Below, piece by piece: positions 28,948 through 40,124 of a stretch of 64,000 bases of DNA. Location: positions 1,920,001-1,984,000 of the forward strand of contig OY761556.1 in NCBI GenBank assembly GCA_963664705.1. Direction: 5' to 3'. The DNA is from Acidobacteriota bacterium (GTDB lineage Bacteria > Acidobacteriota > UBA6911). Position numbers and translations under genes: made by a program. Position 1 is the first letter of the stretch. Each line of letters opens with the position of its first letter. Below the pieces are notes generated by a model. That model worked only from the letters and a program-made list of their open reading frames with translations, was not told where the DNA came from and ran no database searches.

Positions 28948-29364
28948 ATGTATAAGGAGCCTGTGCAAAGAAATTCCGCAACAAGGAAGTTCAGAATCGT
29001 AATTGCCGACGACGATGACATGACACGGGTGCTGTTGACGAATCTTTTCGGTAATTCCGAGGATGTAGAAATCGTTGGAGAAGCACCCGACGGAAAAGTT
29101 GCGCTGGAGCTTGCGCGAAAACTTCTTCCCGATGCAGTGATCATGGATGTGGGTATGCCATATATGAATGGTATTGATGCAAGCCGCCAGATCCATATCG
29201 AGCACCCGGAAATCAGAGTCATTGCTCTTTCAATGTTTGAGGAAGAGGAAATGGCAAGGGAAATGAAGGAAGCGGGGGCCATCGGATATTTCTGCAAAAA
29301 CGAACCCTGGGATGAAACGGTGGAAGAGATACACCAGGTTCTGTCCGCGCATCCTGCTCATTAG
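28948..29364 (+). CDS. Single-domain response regulator (receiver)
   Basis: IVIADDD, PDAVIMDVGMPYMNG, VIALS, GYFCK. Confidence 0.88.
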   Translation: MYKEPVQRNSATRKFRIVIADDDDMTRVLLTNLFGNSEDVEIVGEAPDGKVALELARKLLPDAVIMDVGMPYMNGIDASRQIHIEHPEIRVIALSMFEEEEMAREMKEAGAIGYFCKNEPWDETVEEIHQVLSAHPAH

Positions 29365-29513
29365 TTCGGATTCCGCTGGGCGGAACGGGCCGCGGGCAAT
29401 AGCCTGATTCGCAGACAAACTCGAGGCGCAGATAGTAAAATTTCTGTACTGAATGGCTACTAAATCTTGCATTCAAGGGACAAAAGTGCAAGAATGTCGT
29501 GCCTTTGAGCCGC

Positions 29514-29590
29514 GTCCCCATCGTCTAGTCGGCCTAGGACACCGCGCTTTCAATGCGGCAACACGGGTTCGAATCCCGTTGGGGACGCCA
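29514..29590 (+). tRNA. tRNA-Glu (anticodon TTC)
   Basis: Acceptor stem gtcccca/tggggac, anticodon arm ccgcg-ctTTCaa-tgcgg, gttcgaat T loop, encoded CCA. Confidence 0.96.
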
Positions 29591-29853
29591 AAACCCGCCA
29601 AATTCCTGAATTTCCAATCCATAACACATATAGTCAGGATAAAGGACGTTCCCGTTGAAATCGGTGAGCATACGCGATGCCACGATAATTGAGAGAATCG
29701 ATACGGGACCTGAAAGTTACCGAATTCGCTGGGTTCTTCGAGATTGAGTATAACTACGTATATTCACAGCATGAAACCAAGTCGATAGGTTTTAAAAGGC
29801 CGAAAAGCTTTTTGGCGAACCAGTCACCCCGAATGGCAGGAAAGAGGGTCCAT

Positions 29854-30339
29854 ATGCCCGCATTACATCTTCATGCGGCAGACGATGAACCTACCGCACC
29901 GCGGCACGCATCCATTCTCGACCATTCTTCCTTCCTGACCATATGCCCTCATTGCAGCAAAGTCATTTCCCAAAATTTGTACCGTTGCGGCTGGTGCGGA
30001 AAGGAATTGCCCGGAAAACAGGACCGCAGGGCCGCTCCGAGAATAACCACTGCCATGGATTGCCAGCTGATCTTCGAAGGTATGCTGCACCGGGCGTTTC
30101 TACTGGAAATTTCCATGAAAGGAGCTCTCGTTTTGACCCGATTGCAGTTGCCCAACGATTCAGAGGTCCTCGTCCAGATAGACGCGCGCACCCCTTTGGG
30201 CTCATTAACCTTAACGGGAAAAACCATGCAGCGCGATCCGTCGGAAGGCGAGCGCAGCCTGATAAAGCGCCTTGTGGTCAAGTTCAATCACGGTTCCCAG
30301 GAGCTGATTGAATTCATGGATAGGCTAGCGCGCCTTTAA
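29854..30339 (+). CDS. Zinc-ribbon + PilZ domain protein
   Basis: CPHC...CGWC zinc ribbon; DRRAAPR (RxxxR) and EISMKG (D/NxSxxG-like) PilZ motifs. Confidence 0.8.
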   Translation: MPALHLHAADDEPTAPRHASILDHSSFLTICPHCSKVISQNLYRCGWCGKELPGKQDRRAAPRITTAMDCQLIFEGMLHRAFLLEISMKGALVLTRLQLPNDSEVLVQIDARTPLGSLTLTGKTMQRDPSEGERSLIKRLVVKFNHGSQELIEFMDRLARL

Positions 30340-30494
30340 TTGCAAGCTCGCCTGCTTAGCCAGACTGCCTCTTTTCGAAATCCGCCGCAAAACAAAAACT
30401 TCATGCCAGATCCGCATTCGCCAAAGCAAATAAATATCCCTCTCCCCTGCATAACAGCGTAAAATTATTCCAAAACGTTCCGGGGGATACCGCC

Positions 30495-30890
30495 ATGCGA
30501 AGAAATACATGCATTGCGCTGTTCATCCTTTTCATGATTTCGGTCTTCGGCTTCTACGTTTCCGCACAGATTCAAATCCAACAGCCTCAGGGAGAAGTGC
30601 GGAAAGCTTTGCAGGAAATTGACAGGTTCCAACAAGAAAAGCGGAAAATGGTGCGGGACACACTGCTGATCAAGAACACTCTGCGCCCAGCGGTGTTGCC
30701 CGTCGCGGGCACAATACAAGATGAAATAACTCTGTTCATCGGCATTTCGCAGGATGGTCGCATAGCTCATGCCGTCGTTCGCCAGTCAAACAGTTCGGTG
30801 TCAAACGTTGAGAAACTGAGAATTGAAATGCTGGATGGGTCCGTGCGGGAAGTAGACATGAAGCAGATAAAGAGGATTACGGTGCGATAA
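30495..30890 (+). CDS. Exported hypothetical protein
   Basis: Signal peptide ending VSA-Q. Confidence 0.65.
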   Translation: MRRNTCIALFILFMISVFGFYVSAQIQIQQPQGEVRKALQEIDRFQQEKRKMVRDTLLIKNTLRPAVLPVAGTIQDEITLFIGISQDGRIAHAVVRQSNSSVSNVEKLRIEMLDGSVREVDMKQIKRITVR

Positions 30891-30964
30891 TCGATGTTCC
30901 AGGCTCAACGTAGATCAGGCCGAATGCATAGGCTGTCCGCAATTTGCCACAGGGAACGACCAAA

Positions 30965-33031
30965 CTAGATTTCGTGCGGATCGAAATCTGGAATATCCTG
31001 CAACTGCTCCAGCCATAGAGCCGCGCTGTTGTCGCTGGGAGCGCGCCAATCTCCACGCGGAGATAAGGATCCTCCCGATCCCACCTTGGGTGCGTTGGGG
31101 ATGGCACTGCGCTTGTATTGACTTGTCTCGAAGAACCTTTTCAGGAATACGCCGAGCCAATGCTTGATCTGTCCGATGGAATACTCATTGCGCCGGTCTT
31201 CCGGAATTTCCGGCCAGGATCCGCGCTCTCGATGGCGCCACGCGCAATATTCCATAAAAGCAACCTTGGGAGGGTTCATTCCAAAGCGCAGCGTGTAATA
31301 TAAATTGAAGTCCTGCAGCTCGTATGGACCGATCACGGCTTCCGTGCGCTGGACCGGCTCTTCTTGGTTCCCCGGGATGAGTTCCGGACTAATTTCGGTT
31401 TCGAGCACCTCGGCCAAGACCGCACTGACGTCTTTGCCCAACTCACCCGTAGCAGCTTCATAGCGTATCAGGTATTGAATCAGAGTTTTGGGCACGCTTG
31501 CGTTGACGGCATAATGCGCCATTTGATCACCAACGCCATAGGTGCACCAGCCCAGCCCCAGTTCGGACAGATCTCCCGTACCCACGACCAGCGCGTTGTG
31601 CAGGTTGGCGAGGCGGAACAAATGACTGGTACGCTCGCCTGCCTGGACATTTTCAAAGGTCACGTCATAAACCGGTTGATTCAGAGCGTACGGGTGCTCA
31701 ATGTCCCGCAGCATTTGCATGCAGGCCGTGCGAATATCGATTTCACTGGCGTTGCACTCAAGCGCCTCCATCAGGCGCCAAGCCTGGCGAAGCGTGCGAT
31801 CGCTGGTCGCGAATCCGGGCATGGTATAAGCCAGAATATTTCTTCGGGACACGCCCAAAACATCCATGGCTCGGGCACAAACGATCAAAGCCTGTGTGGA
31901 ATCGAGTCCTCCGGAGATTCCAATCACAACCTTATCGGTACCGACCGCGCGAAGGCGCTTTACAAGGCCTTGCACCTGAATTTCGTATACCTCCCGGCAA
32001 CGGATGTCTCGAGTCCCCATATCATTCGGGACATAGGGGAAGCGTTCCACTGCGCGATCGAGCAGCAGAATCTCGGAGGTAGGCATCTCGAGCGCAAAGC
32101 CGATCCGTCGGTATGAACGGACTTCAGCGGCATGGTTCTGCATCGATTGTCCGAAACTGGTCTGGCAGAGTCGATCCTGCGTCAACCGGTCAAGATCAAC
32201 ATCTGCAAAAGCCATCTGTGCCTTGTAGGTAAACCGGGGCGTTTCAGCCAGCCTGGTCCCGTTTTCATAGATCATCGCCTGGCCGTCCCAGGCAAGATCC
32301 GTGGTGGATTCTCCATAGCCCGCAGCGCAGTAGGCGTATGCCGCAATGCAGCGTCCCGACTGATTGGAGACAAGCTGGGCGCGGTATTGAGCCTTGCCGG
32401 TCGTAATATTCGAGGCAGAAAGATTGCAAAGCACGGTGGCGCCGGCAAGGGCGGCAAAGCATGACGGTGGGATCGGACTCCACAGGTCCTCGCAAATCTC
32501 AACCGCGAAAGCAAAATCGGACCGATGCGCATCCTGAAATACCAGATTGGTTCCAAATGGAATATCTTCCTGACCCAGCAGCCGGATTTCTCGTGAAGAA
32601 GCATAGTTTCCGGGCGCGAAATGACGCAGTTCGTAGAACTCGCGGTAATTCGGCGGATATGTTTTCGGCGTTACACCCAGGATTCTTCCACGATGGATGA
32701 CCGCGGCACAATTGAACAGGAGCCCATCCACTCGCAGGGGCAAGCCCACGATGGCCACGAGATTGAACTGTTCAGATGCCTTCACGACCTCGGCCAAGGC
32801 GGCAGTCGCGCCATCGAGCAGGCACTGCTGGCGAAAGAGATCTTCGCAGGTATAGCCGGTCAGCCCCAGTTCCGGGAATACGGCCAGCACCGCGCTTTGT
32901 TGCGCACAAAGCTCCAGCTGCGCGATCATCTGCCGGGCGTTGAAGATCGGATCGGCAACACGAACTTCGGGAACACCAACCGCTATACGAATAAAATTAT
33001 GCCGGTACAGGTTAAAGAAATTCTTTTCCAT
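30965..33031 (-). CDS. nadE: Glutamine-dependent NAD+ synthetase
   Basis: Nitrilase domain (FPEL, PKT, EICEDLW) fused to a synthetase domain ([26 protein letters not shown]). Confidence 0.97.
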   Translation of the reverse strand: MEKNFFNLYRHNFIRIAVGVPEVRVADPIFNARQMIAQLELCAQQSAVLAVFPELGLTGYTCEDLFRQQCLLDGATAALAEVVKASEQFNLVAIVGLPLRVDGLLFNCAAVIHRGRILGVTPKTYPPNYREFYELRHFAPGNYASSREIRLLGQEDIPFGTNLVFQDAHRSDFAFAVEICEDLWSPIPPSCFAALAGATVLCNLSASNITTGKAQYRAQLVSNQSGRCIAAYAYCAAGYGESTTDLAWDGQAMIYENGTRLAETPRFTYKAQMAFADVDLDRLTQDRLCQTSFGQSMQNHAAEVRSYRRIGFALEMPTSEILLLDRAVERFPYVPNDMGTRDIRCREVYEIQVQGLVKRLRAVGTDKVVIGISGGLDSTQALIVCARAMDVLGVSRRNILAYTMPGFATSDRTLRQAWRLMEALECNASEIDIRTACMQMLRDIEHPYALNQPVYDVTFENVQAGERTSHLFRLANLHNALVVGTGDLSELGLGWCTYGVGDQMAHYAVNASVPKTLIQYLIRYEAATGELGKDVSAVLAEVLETEISPELIPGNQEEPVQRTEAVIGPYELQDFNLYYTLRFGMNPPKVAFMEYCAWRHRERGSWPEIPEDRRNEYSIGQIKHWLGVFLKRFFETSQYKRSAIPNAPKVGSGGSLSPRGDWRAPSDNSAALWLEQLQDIPDFDPHEI

Positions 33032-33185
33032 GATGCACTGATGATGCATCAATCCCCAAATGGCATCAATGAAATCTTGTCCCGGCAACGCTTTTGAAGA
33101 GGAAGTCTTTCAGCGCTTTTTTATTGGAAAGGATGCACTTCAGCGGCAATAATCGACAACTATGCTGTCTTGAAAGGCAAAGCCC

Positions 33186-34148
33186 ATGAATGATTCCGAT
33201 GCATATATGACGAAGAGCTTTTCGGCATCCTACGATCTGACAACCAAAATGATCTCTGTTGCCGTTTGTGTACTCCTGGGTGGTGGCGCCTTGCTAACCG
33301 GCACCTGGATCGTTGGAATCATTGCCGTTCTCATTCTGGGGATAAGCTACGCCCTTTCACCCCGGGCTTACACCATTTCGGAAGGGATGGTTCAGGTAAG
33401 ACGCCTTGTTTCCAGCATCCTGATTCCGCTGCATGACATTCGCGCGGTGCGGATTGCCACCAAAGAAGATCTCAGGGGTTGTGTCCGAGTTTTCGGCAAT
33501 GGAGGCCTGTTTGGCTACTATGGCGTTTTCCGCACATCGGCGCTGGGCGTCTGCCATTGGTACGTCACAAATCGAGCCAATGCGGTGATCATAGATACTC
33601 CAACCAAGACATATCTTCTGAGCCCCGATGATGTGAGCCGGTTCATCGAGGAGGTCAAAGCGGTGGCACCCGTTCCGGCGCATCATGAGGGAGGGTTGCC
33701 CGGGGCAACAGGTGAGATTGCGCGCAAGCAATTCCACTGGAATGCCATCGGCGTCATTGGGTTGATTGGAGTTGTTTTGCTGGGAGCCGCAGCGTGGCTC
33801 TATTCACCGGGCCCACCGCAGTATACGCTCAATCCCGGCGGCTTGACCATTCATGATCGTTTCTATCCGGTAACACTCAGGGCTGTGGACATCGAAGTCG
33901 ACCGGATGCGGATTGTGGATATCGGCAATGATCCACACTGGCGCCCGGTTGCCCGCACAAACGGATTTGCCAATACTCACTATCGCGCCGGATGGTTCAA
34001 AGTCGCCGGCGGAGAGAAGGTCCGAATGTACCGGGCCGAGGCCAAACGCCTTGTTCTCCTGCCCTCGAAAGGCGAGATTCCCACGGTCCTGTTGGAAGTC
34101 GCACAGCCGGAGGCTTTCATCCGGGAGGCACAAAATACATGGAAATAA
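33186..34148 (+). CDS. Membrane protein with two bacterial PH (bPH_5-like) domains
   Basis: RVFGNGGLFGYYG.F and RTNG.....YRAGWF; TM segments. Confidence 0.78.
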   Translation: MNDSDAYMTKSFSASYDLTTKMISVAVCVLLGGGALLTGTWIVGIIAVLILGISYALSPRAYTISEGMVQVRRLVSSILIPLHDIRAVRIATKEDLRGCVRVFGNGGLFGYYGVFRTSALGVCHWYVTNRANAVIIDTPTKTYLLSPDDVSRFIEEVKAVAPVPAHHEGGLPGATGEIARKQFHWNAIGVIGLIGVVLLGAAAWLYSPGPPQYTLNPGGLTIHDRFYPVTLRAVDIEVDRMRIVDIGNDPHWRPVARTNGFANTHYRAGWFKVAGGEKVRMYRAEAKRLVLLPSKGEIPTVLLEVAQPEAFIREAQNTWK

Positions 34149-34218
34149 GCGCCGTCACGATTGCGGAATTCGTGGGAGAAGCGCAGCCGCGCTAGCCAAG
34201 GATTTCGTGGTCGGAAGG

Positions 34219-34584
34219 TTATCCGCTGACCGATTTTACGGGCGCAGCTTCGCAGCTTTCAATGGCCGCTTTTTCATCTTCAAAAATATCAAAAAAACTG
34301 GCCAGCTTCGCCACCTCAAGCAGCTCCCGAACTCTTTTGGTAACGTGAAGAAGCTTCATTTGCCCTCCAACGCCATTGATGGAGGAATACGTGCGCATCA
34401 ACTCGCCTAATCCCGAACTGTCAATGTAATTGACTTCCTGCATGTTCAGAATGATGTTCTTTGTTCCATTTTCAAGGATGTTGCGTATGGCCTTTCTAAG
34501 CGACATGGTCCCTTCACCCAGCGTAATCTTGCCGCTGAGATCCAGGATTCGAATATCCCCGATGCTGCGCATTTGAATAATCAT
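34219..34584 (-). CDS. STAS-domain anti-sigma factor antagonist
   Basis: LDLSGKITLG, V.YIDSSGLG.L. Confidence 0.92.
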   Translation of the reverse strand: MIIQMRSIGDIRILDLSGKITLGEGTMSLRKAIRNILENGTKNIILNMQEVNYIDSSGLGELMRTYSSINGVGGQMKLLHVTKRVRELLEVAKLASFFDIFEDEKAAIESCEAAPVKSVSG

Positions 34585-34893
34585 GGCAACCTAACCTCAC
34601 AAATGAGTCACGACAATAGGGACCTATGGGCAGGAGATTAGCCCAACGAGCCATGCGCGTCAAGCGATGCAGGCTTTGGGCGGACAGAATCCCGTCTCGG
34701 GGATCGAGGCGGAGGCAAAGCCGGGCGCTTCGCGATGAGGCTATTTACAATCATTTAACAGTCTACGGTGAAAGAACCGCCAATACTGGACGTCAATACT
34801 GTTAAACAACCTCTCTACTGTAAAGCAACCAGGGAGCCATGGGAATTCCCACCATGGCTCCCACCTTCTTCGAGCATCATCCGAAGACAATCG

Positions 34894-35301
34894 CTAATTC
34901 GTCAGCTGGTATTTTTTCGCTGAGGGCTCGGGCTTCAGGCTATTGAGGAGGAAGGACAAATCGGCCGCATCCGCCTGCGATAGGGGAGTGAATTGCACCC
35001 CAATTCCATTGAAGTTCTCGTAATCGAGCAGAAAACGCCCAGAGTGAACGATGGTGCCGCGAAGCTTCATGTATTTCGGTTTTTTGCCCAGTCGAACTTT
35101 GAATACGACCTCGAACTCCGTTCCGGCCAGCACTGATTTCCTGGTATGGATAAAGGCTCCGCCCATCGAAAGATCCAGCAGCCGTCCAGGCAATATCTCT
35201 CCAGGAATGCGCAATGCACAGGGAATATTTACACGCTTGCGCAAGGTCTTTCTTTTATTCTCGACGCCAGTGCCATCGAGTTCATCCTGGACTTCGTCCA
35301 T
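34894..35301 (-). CDS. PilZ domain protein
   Basis: NKRKTLR (RxxxR), DLSMGG, G.GVQF. Confidence 0.88.
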   Translation of the reverse strand: MDEVQDELDGTGVENKRKTLRKRVNIPCALRIPGEILPGRLLDLSMGGAFIHTRKSVLAGTEFEVVFKVRLGKKPKYMKLRGTIVHSGRFLLDYENFNGIGVQFTPLSQADAADLSFLLNSLKPEPSAKKYQLTN

Positions 35302-35398
35302 ATCAGGAATATCGGCAAAATAGAGTCAGGAATCAATAGGCCAAGCGATGATAAGAGTTATTTAATAATTAGCCGGATGGTGCGGTCGCCTTTTTTCG

Positions 35399-35440
35399 CC
35401 AAATTCCAATATCGGGGTCTGGCCCGATATTGGAATTTGG
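35399..35440. repeat. Perfect 18-bp inverted repeat
   Basis: ccaaattccaatatcggg - 6 nt - cccgatattggaatttgg. Confidence 0.8.
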
Positions 35441-35473
35441 GGGGAGCATGCGCGATGTCCCCGATTGTTTAGG

Positions 35474-35827
35474 CTATTGAGCTTTCTTGAGAGGAATTTC
35501 GGTGGTCTGGCCCATCATGTCAAACGTCAACTTGATCTGGTCAGCAGCGACGACTCCCTTGTATTCCAGCTTTATTTCCTGCCCGCCCATATCAAAAGAT
35601 ACGTTAAAGGAAATCTTGTTTCCGTCAATCTTGCCATCCTTAATCGGAATGGTTGTGTTGTCCGGACCCGATGAGGTGCCGGTCAGCGTGGTTCCTTCCG
35701 CCTTAAACGTATAGGAAACGGGGATATCCATTCCTGGGATCGTACCTGCCCATTTGCCGTCGACATCAGCAGCAAAAGCACAGGTGGCGGCAAGCAAAAC
35801 GGCGATTGCAAGCACGGTATATTTCAT
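35474..35827 (-). CDS. Small exported beta-barrel-type hypothetical protein
   Basis: RBS AGGAGG; MKYTVLAIAVLLAATCAFA-ADVDGKW...IKDGKIDGNKISF. Confidence 0.85.
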   Translation of the reverse strand: MKYTVLAIAVLLAATCAFAADVDGKWAGTIPGMDIPVSYTFKAEGTTLTGTSSGPDNTTIPIKDGKIDGNKISFNVSFDMGGQEIKLEYKGVVAADQIKLTFDMMGQTTEIPLKKAQ

Positions 35828-36084
35828 GAAAAATCCTCCTTTTTTAGTGGTCAGGATACACGATTTTGTTTTACGCAAGGTAGGAATAATGCATTCCCAC
35901 GCGCTGCGCATTTGAACAGAACCGTTAAATCAGCGCAGGATGAGGATCACATTCAAAAACAAGCACATATACCTTTCTAGGAATAGCATTTTTGAGCTAT
36001 GCTACTGCCCGTCTCATTCTGATGCTCGCACTCTAAAGCCAATTGAGCGATTGCGGCGGTGGGTTTCCCGCCTGACAGGAATTT

Positions 36085-37611
36085 ATGTCCGCAGCGACGG
36101 AGCTGATAGAAAACGATTTTTCAGAAATTGAACGGTCATTGGCCCCTCAACCCTGGCTAGTTCGTGCAAGGCCCTGGATTTGCAAACTGGTTCCTCTCAT
36201 GGCGGCATTCTGTTTCCTGTCCTGGTGGATGCTGATGCTGAGACCGGATTTTTCCTGGGATGATGCGGAACCGGAGGTTCTGGATCAGGCATGGCGACTT
36301 GCCAAAGGAGAATCCATCTACAGAAACATTGGGGAGCCGCCTTACGCGATCCCTATTTATCCTCCATTGTACCTGGCCGCGGTTGCTGCTTTGTTGAAGC
36401 TGACCGGGTTGAGTTATCTGCCGGCAAGGCTGATATCGCTTTTCTCCGGACTTTGCATCTGGTTGGCTTTTATGCAACTGGATAGGGAATGGAACCGGCG
36501 GCGCGGAGGAGGCCTGTGGGCGGGGTTCCTGCTCTTTCTTGTTCCTGCATTCCTTTATAACGTACTCCGCAGTCATGTGCAGATGATGGCTGTCGCCCTT
36601 TCCATCTGGTCACTGGTGTTTTTTCTTCGCAATCATCGAATCTACAGTCTCCTGTTAAGCCCGTTGTTTGCGGTTCTGGCTTTCTATACGAAGCAGACAC
36701 AGATAGCCTTGCCGCTAGCCATCGCGACCTATTTGCTGATATGCAATCGCCGTTGGCTGTTGCCTTATGTATCCATCATGGCGGCAGGCCTGCTGATTCC
36801 ATTTCTTTGGCTGCAAAAGATCACCGGCGGACGTTTCTTTCTGGATGCGGTGCAACTTGCCAGGCTCAGCTATGACCCGCTCAAGATTCCACAGATCTTC
36901 CTTCATCATGCCGGGCCCATCCTGGTCTTTATCATCATGGCGTGCTGCATTCTGTATCGTCGACTGCGCAGGCTGGAGATGGAACCGGTCGACTTTTATT
37001 TTTTAGTTTCCATGTTCATAACAATGGCCTCCTTAGGACGGGTCGGCGCACATGGTCAGTATGTTGTGGAACTCATTGCTGTCACCTTTGTATATCTGAT
37101 CCGAATGGCCGGAGTGCCATCTGTGCGCCGTTGGGGAAGCTGGGTGTCCATCCAAGTTCTGCTGCTCTTGATTTACGCGCCGCTTTTTGTCTTTTTCGAA
37201 CAGGGACTGGAGGCCAGGGCTGCCAACCAGGCCAGCCGTGAAGTATATAAAGTCCTCCAGGGTGGAGCCGGACCGGTTCTTTCCCAGCAGGGAAGCTTTC
37301 CCTTATTCAGCCGTGGGCAGATTTATATCCAGTTATTTCATTTTGCGGGCTTGTCCAGAGCCGGGAAATGGGATCAGGCGCACATAACGACCGATATTTC
37401 CGATCGAATTTTTCCTTACGTCATCACGGGATTTCCCATTGAAGGCTCGGAAACAACGGAAGACAGCGAGGAGAGATTCACGCCCGAAATGATTCTCGCA
37501 CTGCGGGAAAACTACCAGCGCACTCGGTGTATATATCCCTATTACCTGTATACACCCAAAAAGGGGACCGCATTGAAAAAAGCGAACGCCGTTGTTCGCG
37601 CCAATGGATAA
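36085..37611 (+). CDS. GT-C-fold (ArnT/GT39-like) membrane glycosyltransferase
   Basis: Multi-TM; G..IY, YPPLY, ARLISL, LAFYTKQ motifs. Confidence 0.75.
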   Translation: MSAATELIENDFSEIERSLAPQPWLVRARPWICKLVPLMAAFCFLSWWMLMLRPDFSWDDAEPEVLDQAWRLAKGESIYRNIGEPPYAIPIYPPLYLAAVAALLKLTGLSYLPARLISLFSGLCIWLAFMQLDREWNRRRGGGLWAGFLLFLVPAFLYNVLRSHVQMMAVALSIWSLVFFLRNHRIYSLLLSPLFAVLAFYTKQTQIALPLAIATYLLICNRRWLLPYVSIMAAGLLIPFLWLQKITGGRFFLDAVQLARLSYDPLKIPQIFLHHAGPILVFIIMACCILYRRLRRLEMEPVDFYFLVSMFITMASLGRVGAHGQYVVELIAVTFVYLIRMAGVPSVRRWGSWVSIQVLLLLIYAPLFVFFEQGLEARAANQASREVYKVLQGGAGPVLSQQGSFPLFSRGQIYIQLFHFAGLSRAGKWDQAHITTDISDRIFPYVITGFPIEGSETTEDSEERFTPEMILALRENYQRTRCIYPYYLYTPKKGTALKKANAVVRANG

Positions 37612-37680
37612 TTGGAGCTGTGTGGTCGAACCGGGTACAAGTCGACGGTGCACTATTATTCGCTGAGTGGGAGGCACCTG

Positions 37681-39084
37681 ATGAAAAGGCATAAATCCCC
37701 AAAAACTGTTTCCGAGGCTGCAAGGGAAATACCGGTATGGCGAGAGGTTGACGTCGTTGTCGTCGGAGGCGGGCCCGGAGGAGTGGGGGCGGCGATTGCG
37801 GCCGCCAGAACTGGCGCTCGCACGGTCCTGCTCGAGCGATACGGACATCTCGGGGGAATGGCGAGTGGCGGATTGATCAATATTCTGCCAAATCTGAGCG
37901 ATATCAGCGGCAAACAGCACATATTCGGATTGAACCAGGAAATAATATCCCGCATGGAGGCAAGGGGAGCCGCTTTTTACCCGAAAAAGGAGCATTGGGG
38001 AACCACCGATGCAGATGTTGTGGATTATTACCATGGTGCCTATATGTCCTGGTTCTACATCCGCAGAGACCCAAATATCGGCGGGAAAGAGCGGGTGCTT
38101 TATACAGCCGTCGTCGATCCCGAAGTGTTGAAAGATGAACTGAACGATATGGTCATCGAAGCGGGCGCCGAAATTCTACTGCACTCCTGGGGAACGCGTC
38201 CCATTGTGGAAGGCAACACTGTTAAGGGTGTGTTCTTTGAAAGCAAATCGGGCAGGCAGGCAATCCTGGCTAAGGTTGTGATTGATTCCACGGGTGATGG
38301 GGACATCTTTGTGGGAGCAGGCGCGGAATACGATGATGAATTGGATAACGAAATCCGAACCGCCTGGCTTGCCTTTACCTTCTGGCTGGCCAATGTGGAC
38401 ATCAAACGCGTTGAGGAATTCCGCAAGACTCAGCCAGTCAAGCACGGGGAATTAATGCAGGAACTCACGCGGCTCGGTGGGTATACCAATTACTTCAATG
38501 GAATCCTGAAAAATCAGGAAGGAGTGCTGTGGTTCCACACCTTCCAGGTCCAGCCGGAGGCGTCCGATGCCCAGGATGTTGAGGAGCTTTCCAGAGTCGA
38601 TATTCGAGGCCGTAAACGTGCCTTGATAACCTATGAGTTCATGAGGAAATACATGCCGGGTTGCGAGAAGAGCTTCATTATGCAGACGGCGCCGCAGTTG
38701 GGAACCCAGGGAGGGCGTAGAGTTATTGGCGAATATGTTCTCAGCCCCAAGGACATGGAATCGGATGAAGTATTTGAGGATACCATTGCCATTCTTGCCA
38801 ACAATGACAACGGAGAAATTTCAGCGAAGCATCCGAGCATATGTATCCCCTATCGCTGCCTCGTTCCAGCCAGGATGGACGGGCTTCTGGTAGCCTGCCG
38901 CGCGTTTTCATCCACAAACAGCGTCAATCAATATTTTAATATTATTCCTCCTTGCATCGCTTACGGCCAGGCTGCGGGTACGGCAGCCGCGATGGCCGCC
39001 AAATCTGGGATTCAACCGCGAAAGGTCGATTACAAGGCATTGCAGGGCAATCTCCTGAAGCAGGGAGTTCATCTGCCCGTGTAG
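37681..39084 (+). CDS. FAD-dependent oxidoreductase (FAD_oxidored family)
   Basis: DVVVVGGGPGG..AA, LGGMASGG, IDSTGDGD, IPYRCLVP, GQAAGTAAA. Confidence 0.92.
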   Translation: MKRHKSPKTVSEAAREIPVWREVDVVVVGGGPGGVGAAIAAARTGARTVLLERYGHLGGMASGGLINILPNLSDISGKQHIFGLNQEIISRMEARGAAFYPKKEHWGTTDADVVDYYHGAYMSWFYIRRDPNIGGKERVLYTAVVDPEVLKDELNDMVIEAGAEILLHSWGTRPIVEGNTVKGVFFESKSGRQAILAKVVIDSTGDGDIFVGAGAEYDDELDNEIRTAWLAFTFWLANVDIKRVEEFRKTQPVKHGELMQELTRLGGYTNYFNGILKNQEGVLWFHTFQVQPEASDAQDVEELSRVDIRGRKRALITYEFMRKYMPGCEKSFIMQTAPQLGTQGGRRVIGEYVLSPKDMESDEVFEDTIAILANNDNGEISAKHPSICIPYRCLVPARMDGLLVACRAFSSTNSVNQYFNIIPPCIAYGQAAGTAAAMAAKSGIQPRKVDYKALQGNLLKQGVHLPV

Positions 39085-39149
39085 ATATGCGATAAGCAGG
39101 ATTCGTGGCAAAAAGAGAAGCTCAAATTCACCAGCAATAAAGGGAAGAA

Positions 39150-40079
39150 ATGTCTGGAACTCAACCCAATCGACCGATTGTTATCTATGCCGCCGTGGCC
39201 GCAAACCTGGCTATTGCCGCCACCAAGTTTATTTGTGCCGCTTTCACGGGAAGTTCTGCAATGCTGTCGGAGGCGATTCACTCGCTGGTGGACACCGGCA
39301 ATGAGTCCCTTCTGCTTGTCGGGTTGCGTTTGAGCAAGAAGAAGCCCGATTCCAGGCATCCCTTCGGATATGGCAAAGAACTCTATTTTTGGAGCCTGAT
39401 TGTTGCCGTCATTTTGTTCGGAATCGGCGGCGGAATGGCGATTTATGAAGGGGTTCTTCATGTCATTCATCCCGTGGAATCGGGAAGCCCGATCTGGAAC
39501 TATATTGTCCTCGGTATCGCTTTTCTGTTCGACGGGATCTCCTGGTCTATTGCGCTTCGCGAATTTCGTGTGGAGAAGGGCTCCAAGGGATTCTGGCATG
39601 CCTATCGGAGCAGCAAGGATCCGGCCATCTTTACCGTGCTTGCGGAAGATACTGCCGACCTGTTGGGATTGATCATCGCGGTTTTGGGAGTTTTTCTCAG
39701 CCATTTCTTCCATCTGCCGGTAATAGATGGGATCGCGTCCATCCTCATTGGATTTCTGCTGGCGGGAGTGGGCTTGCTGCTGGTGTATGAAAGCAGGGGG
39801 CTGTTGATCGGAGAAAGTTCCGAGCCCGAAGTACTGGAAAGGATCAATCAGATTGTAACCGCGGACCCGTGCGTGGAAAGGGTCCTGGATCCTCTGACCA
39901 TGCATTTCGGGCCGGACGAAATTCTCCTCAACATGGAAGTCGCATTCAGTGAGGGGATCGTCACCCCATCATTGAGAGAAACTATCGACCGGCTGGAGGA
40001 GAATATCCGCAGGCAATATCCGAATATCAAGCATATCTACATAGAGGCGGCTTCTTTAAAAGAGTCGGTTCGAAAATAG
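39150..40079 (+). CDS. Cation diffusion facilitator transporter
   Basis: SSAMLSEAIHSLVDTGN, HPFGYGKE, EDTAD. Confidence 0.93.
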   Translation: MSGTQPNRPIVIYAAVAANLAIAATKFICAAFTGSSAMLSEAIHSLVDTGNESLLLVGLRLSKKKPDSRHPFGYGKELYFWSLIVAVILFGIGGGMAIYEGVLHVIHPVESGSPIWNYIVLGIAFLFDGISWSIALREFRVEKGSKGFWHAYRSSKDPAIFTVLAEDTADLLGLIIAVLGVFLSHFFHLPVIDGIASILIGFLLAGVGLLLVYESRGLLIGESSEPEVLERINQIVTADPCVERVLDPLTMHFGPDEILLNMEVAFSEGIVTPSLRETIDRLEENIRRQYPNIKHIYIEAASLKESVRK

Positions 40080-40124
40080 CCGGGAAGTTACCGGGAGCGC
40101 CAGTTGTCGAGGGTGAAGCCCATC

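Noticed and set aside
29514-29700. Island integrated at tRNA-Glu
   Set aside because: I saw no duplicated tRNA-Glu 3' end and no integrase downstream within the window.
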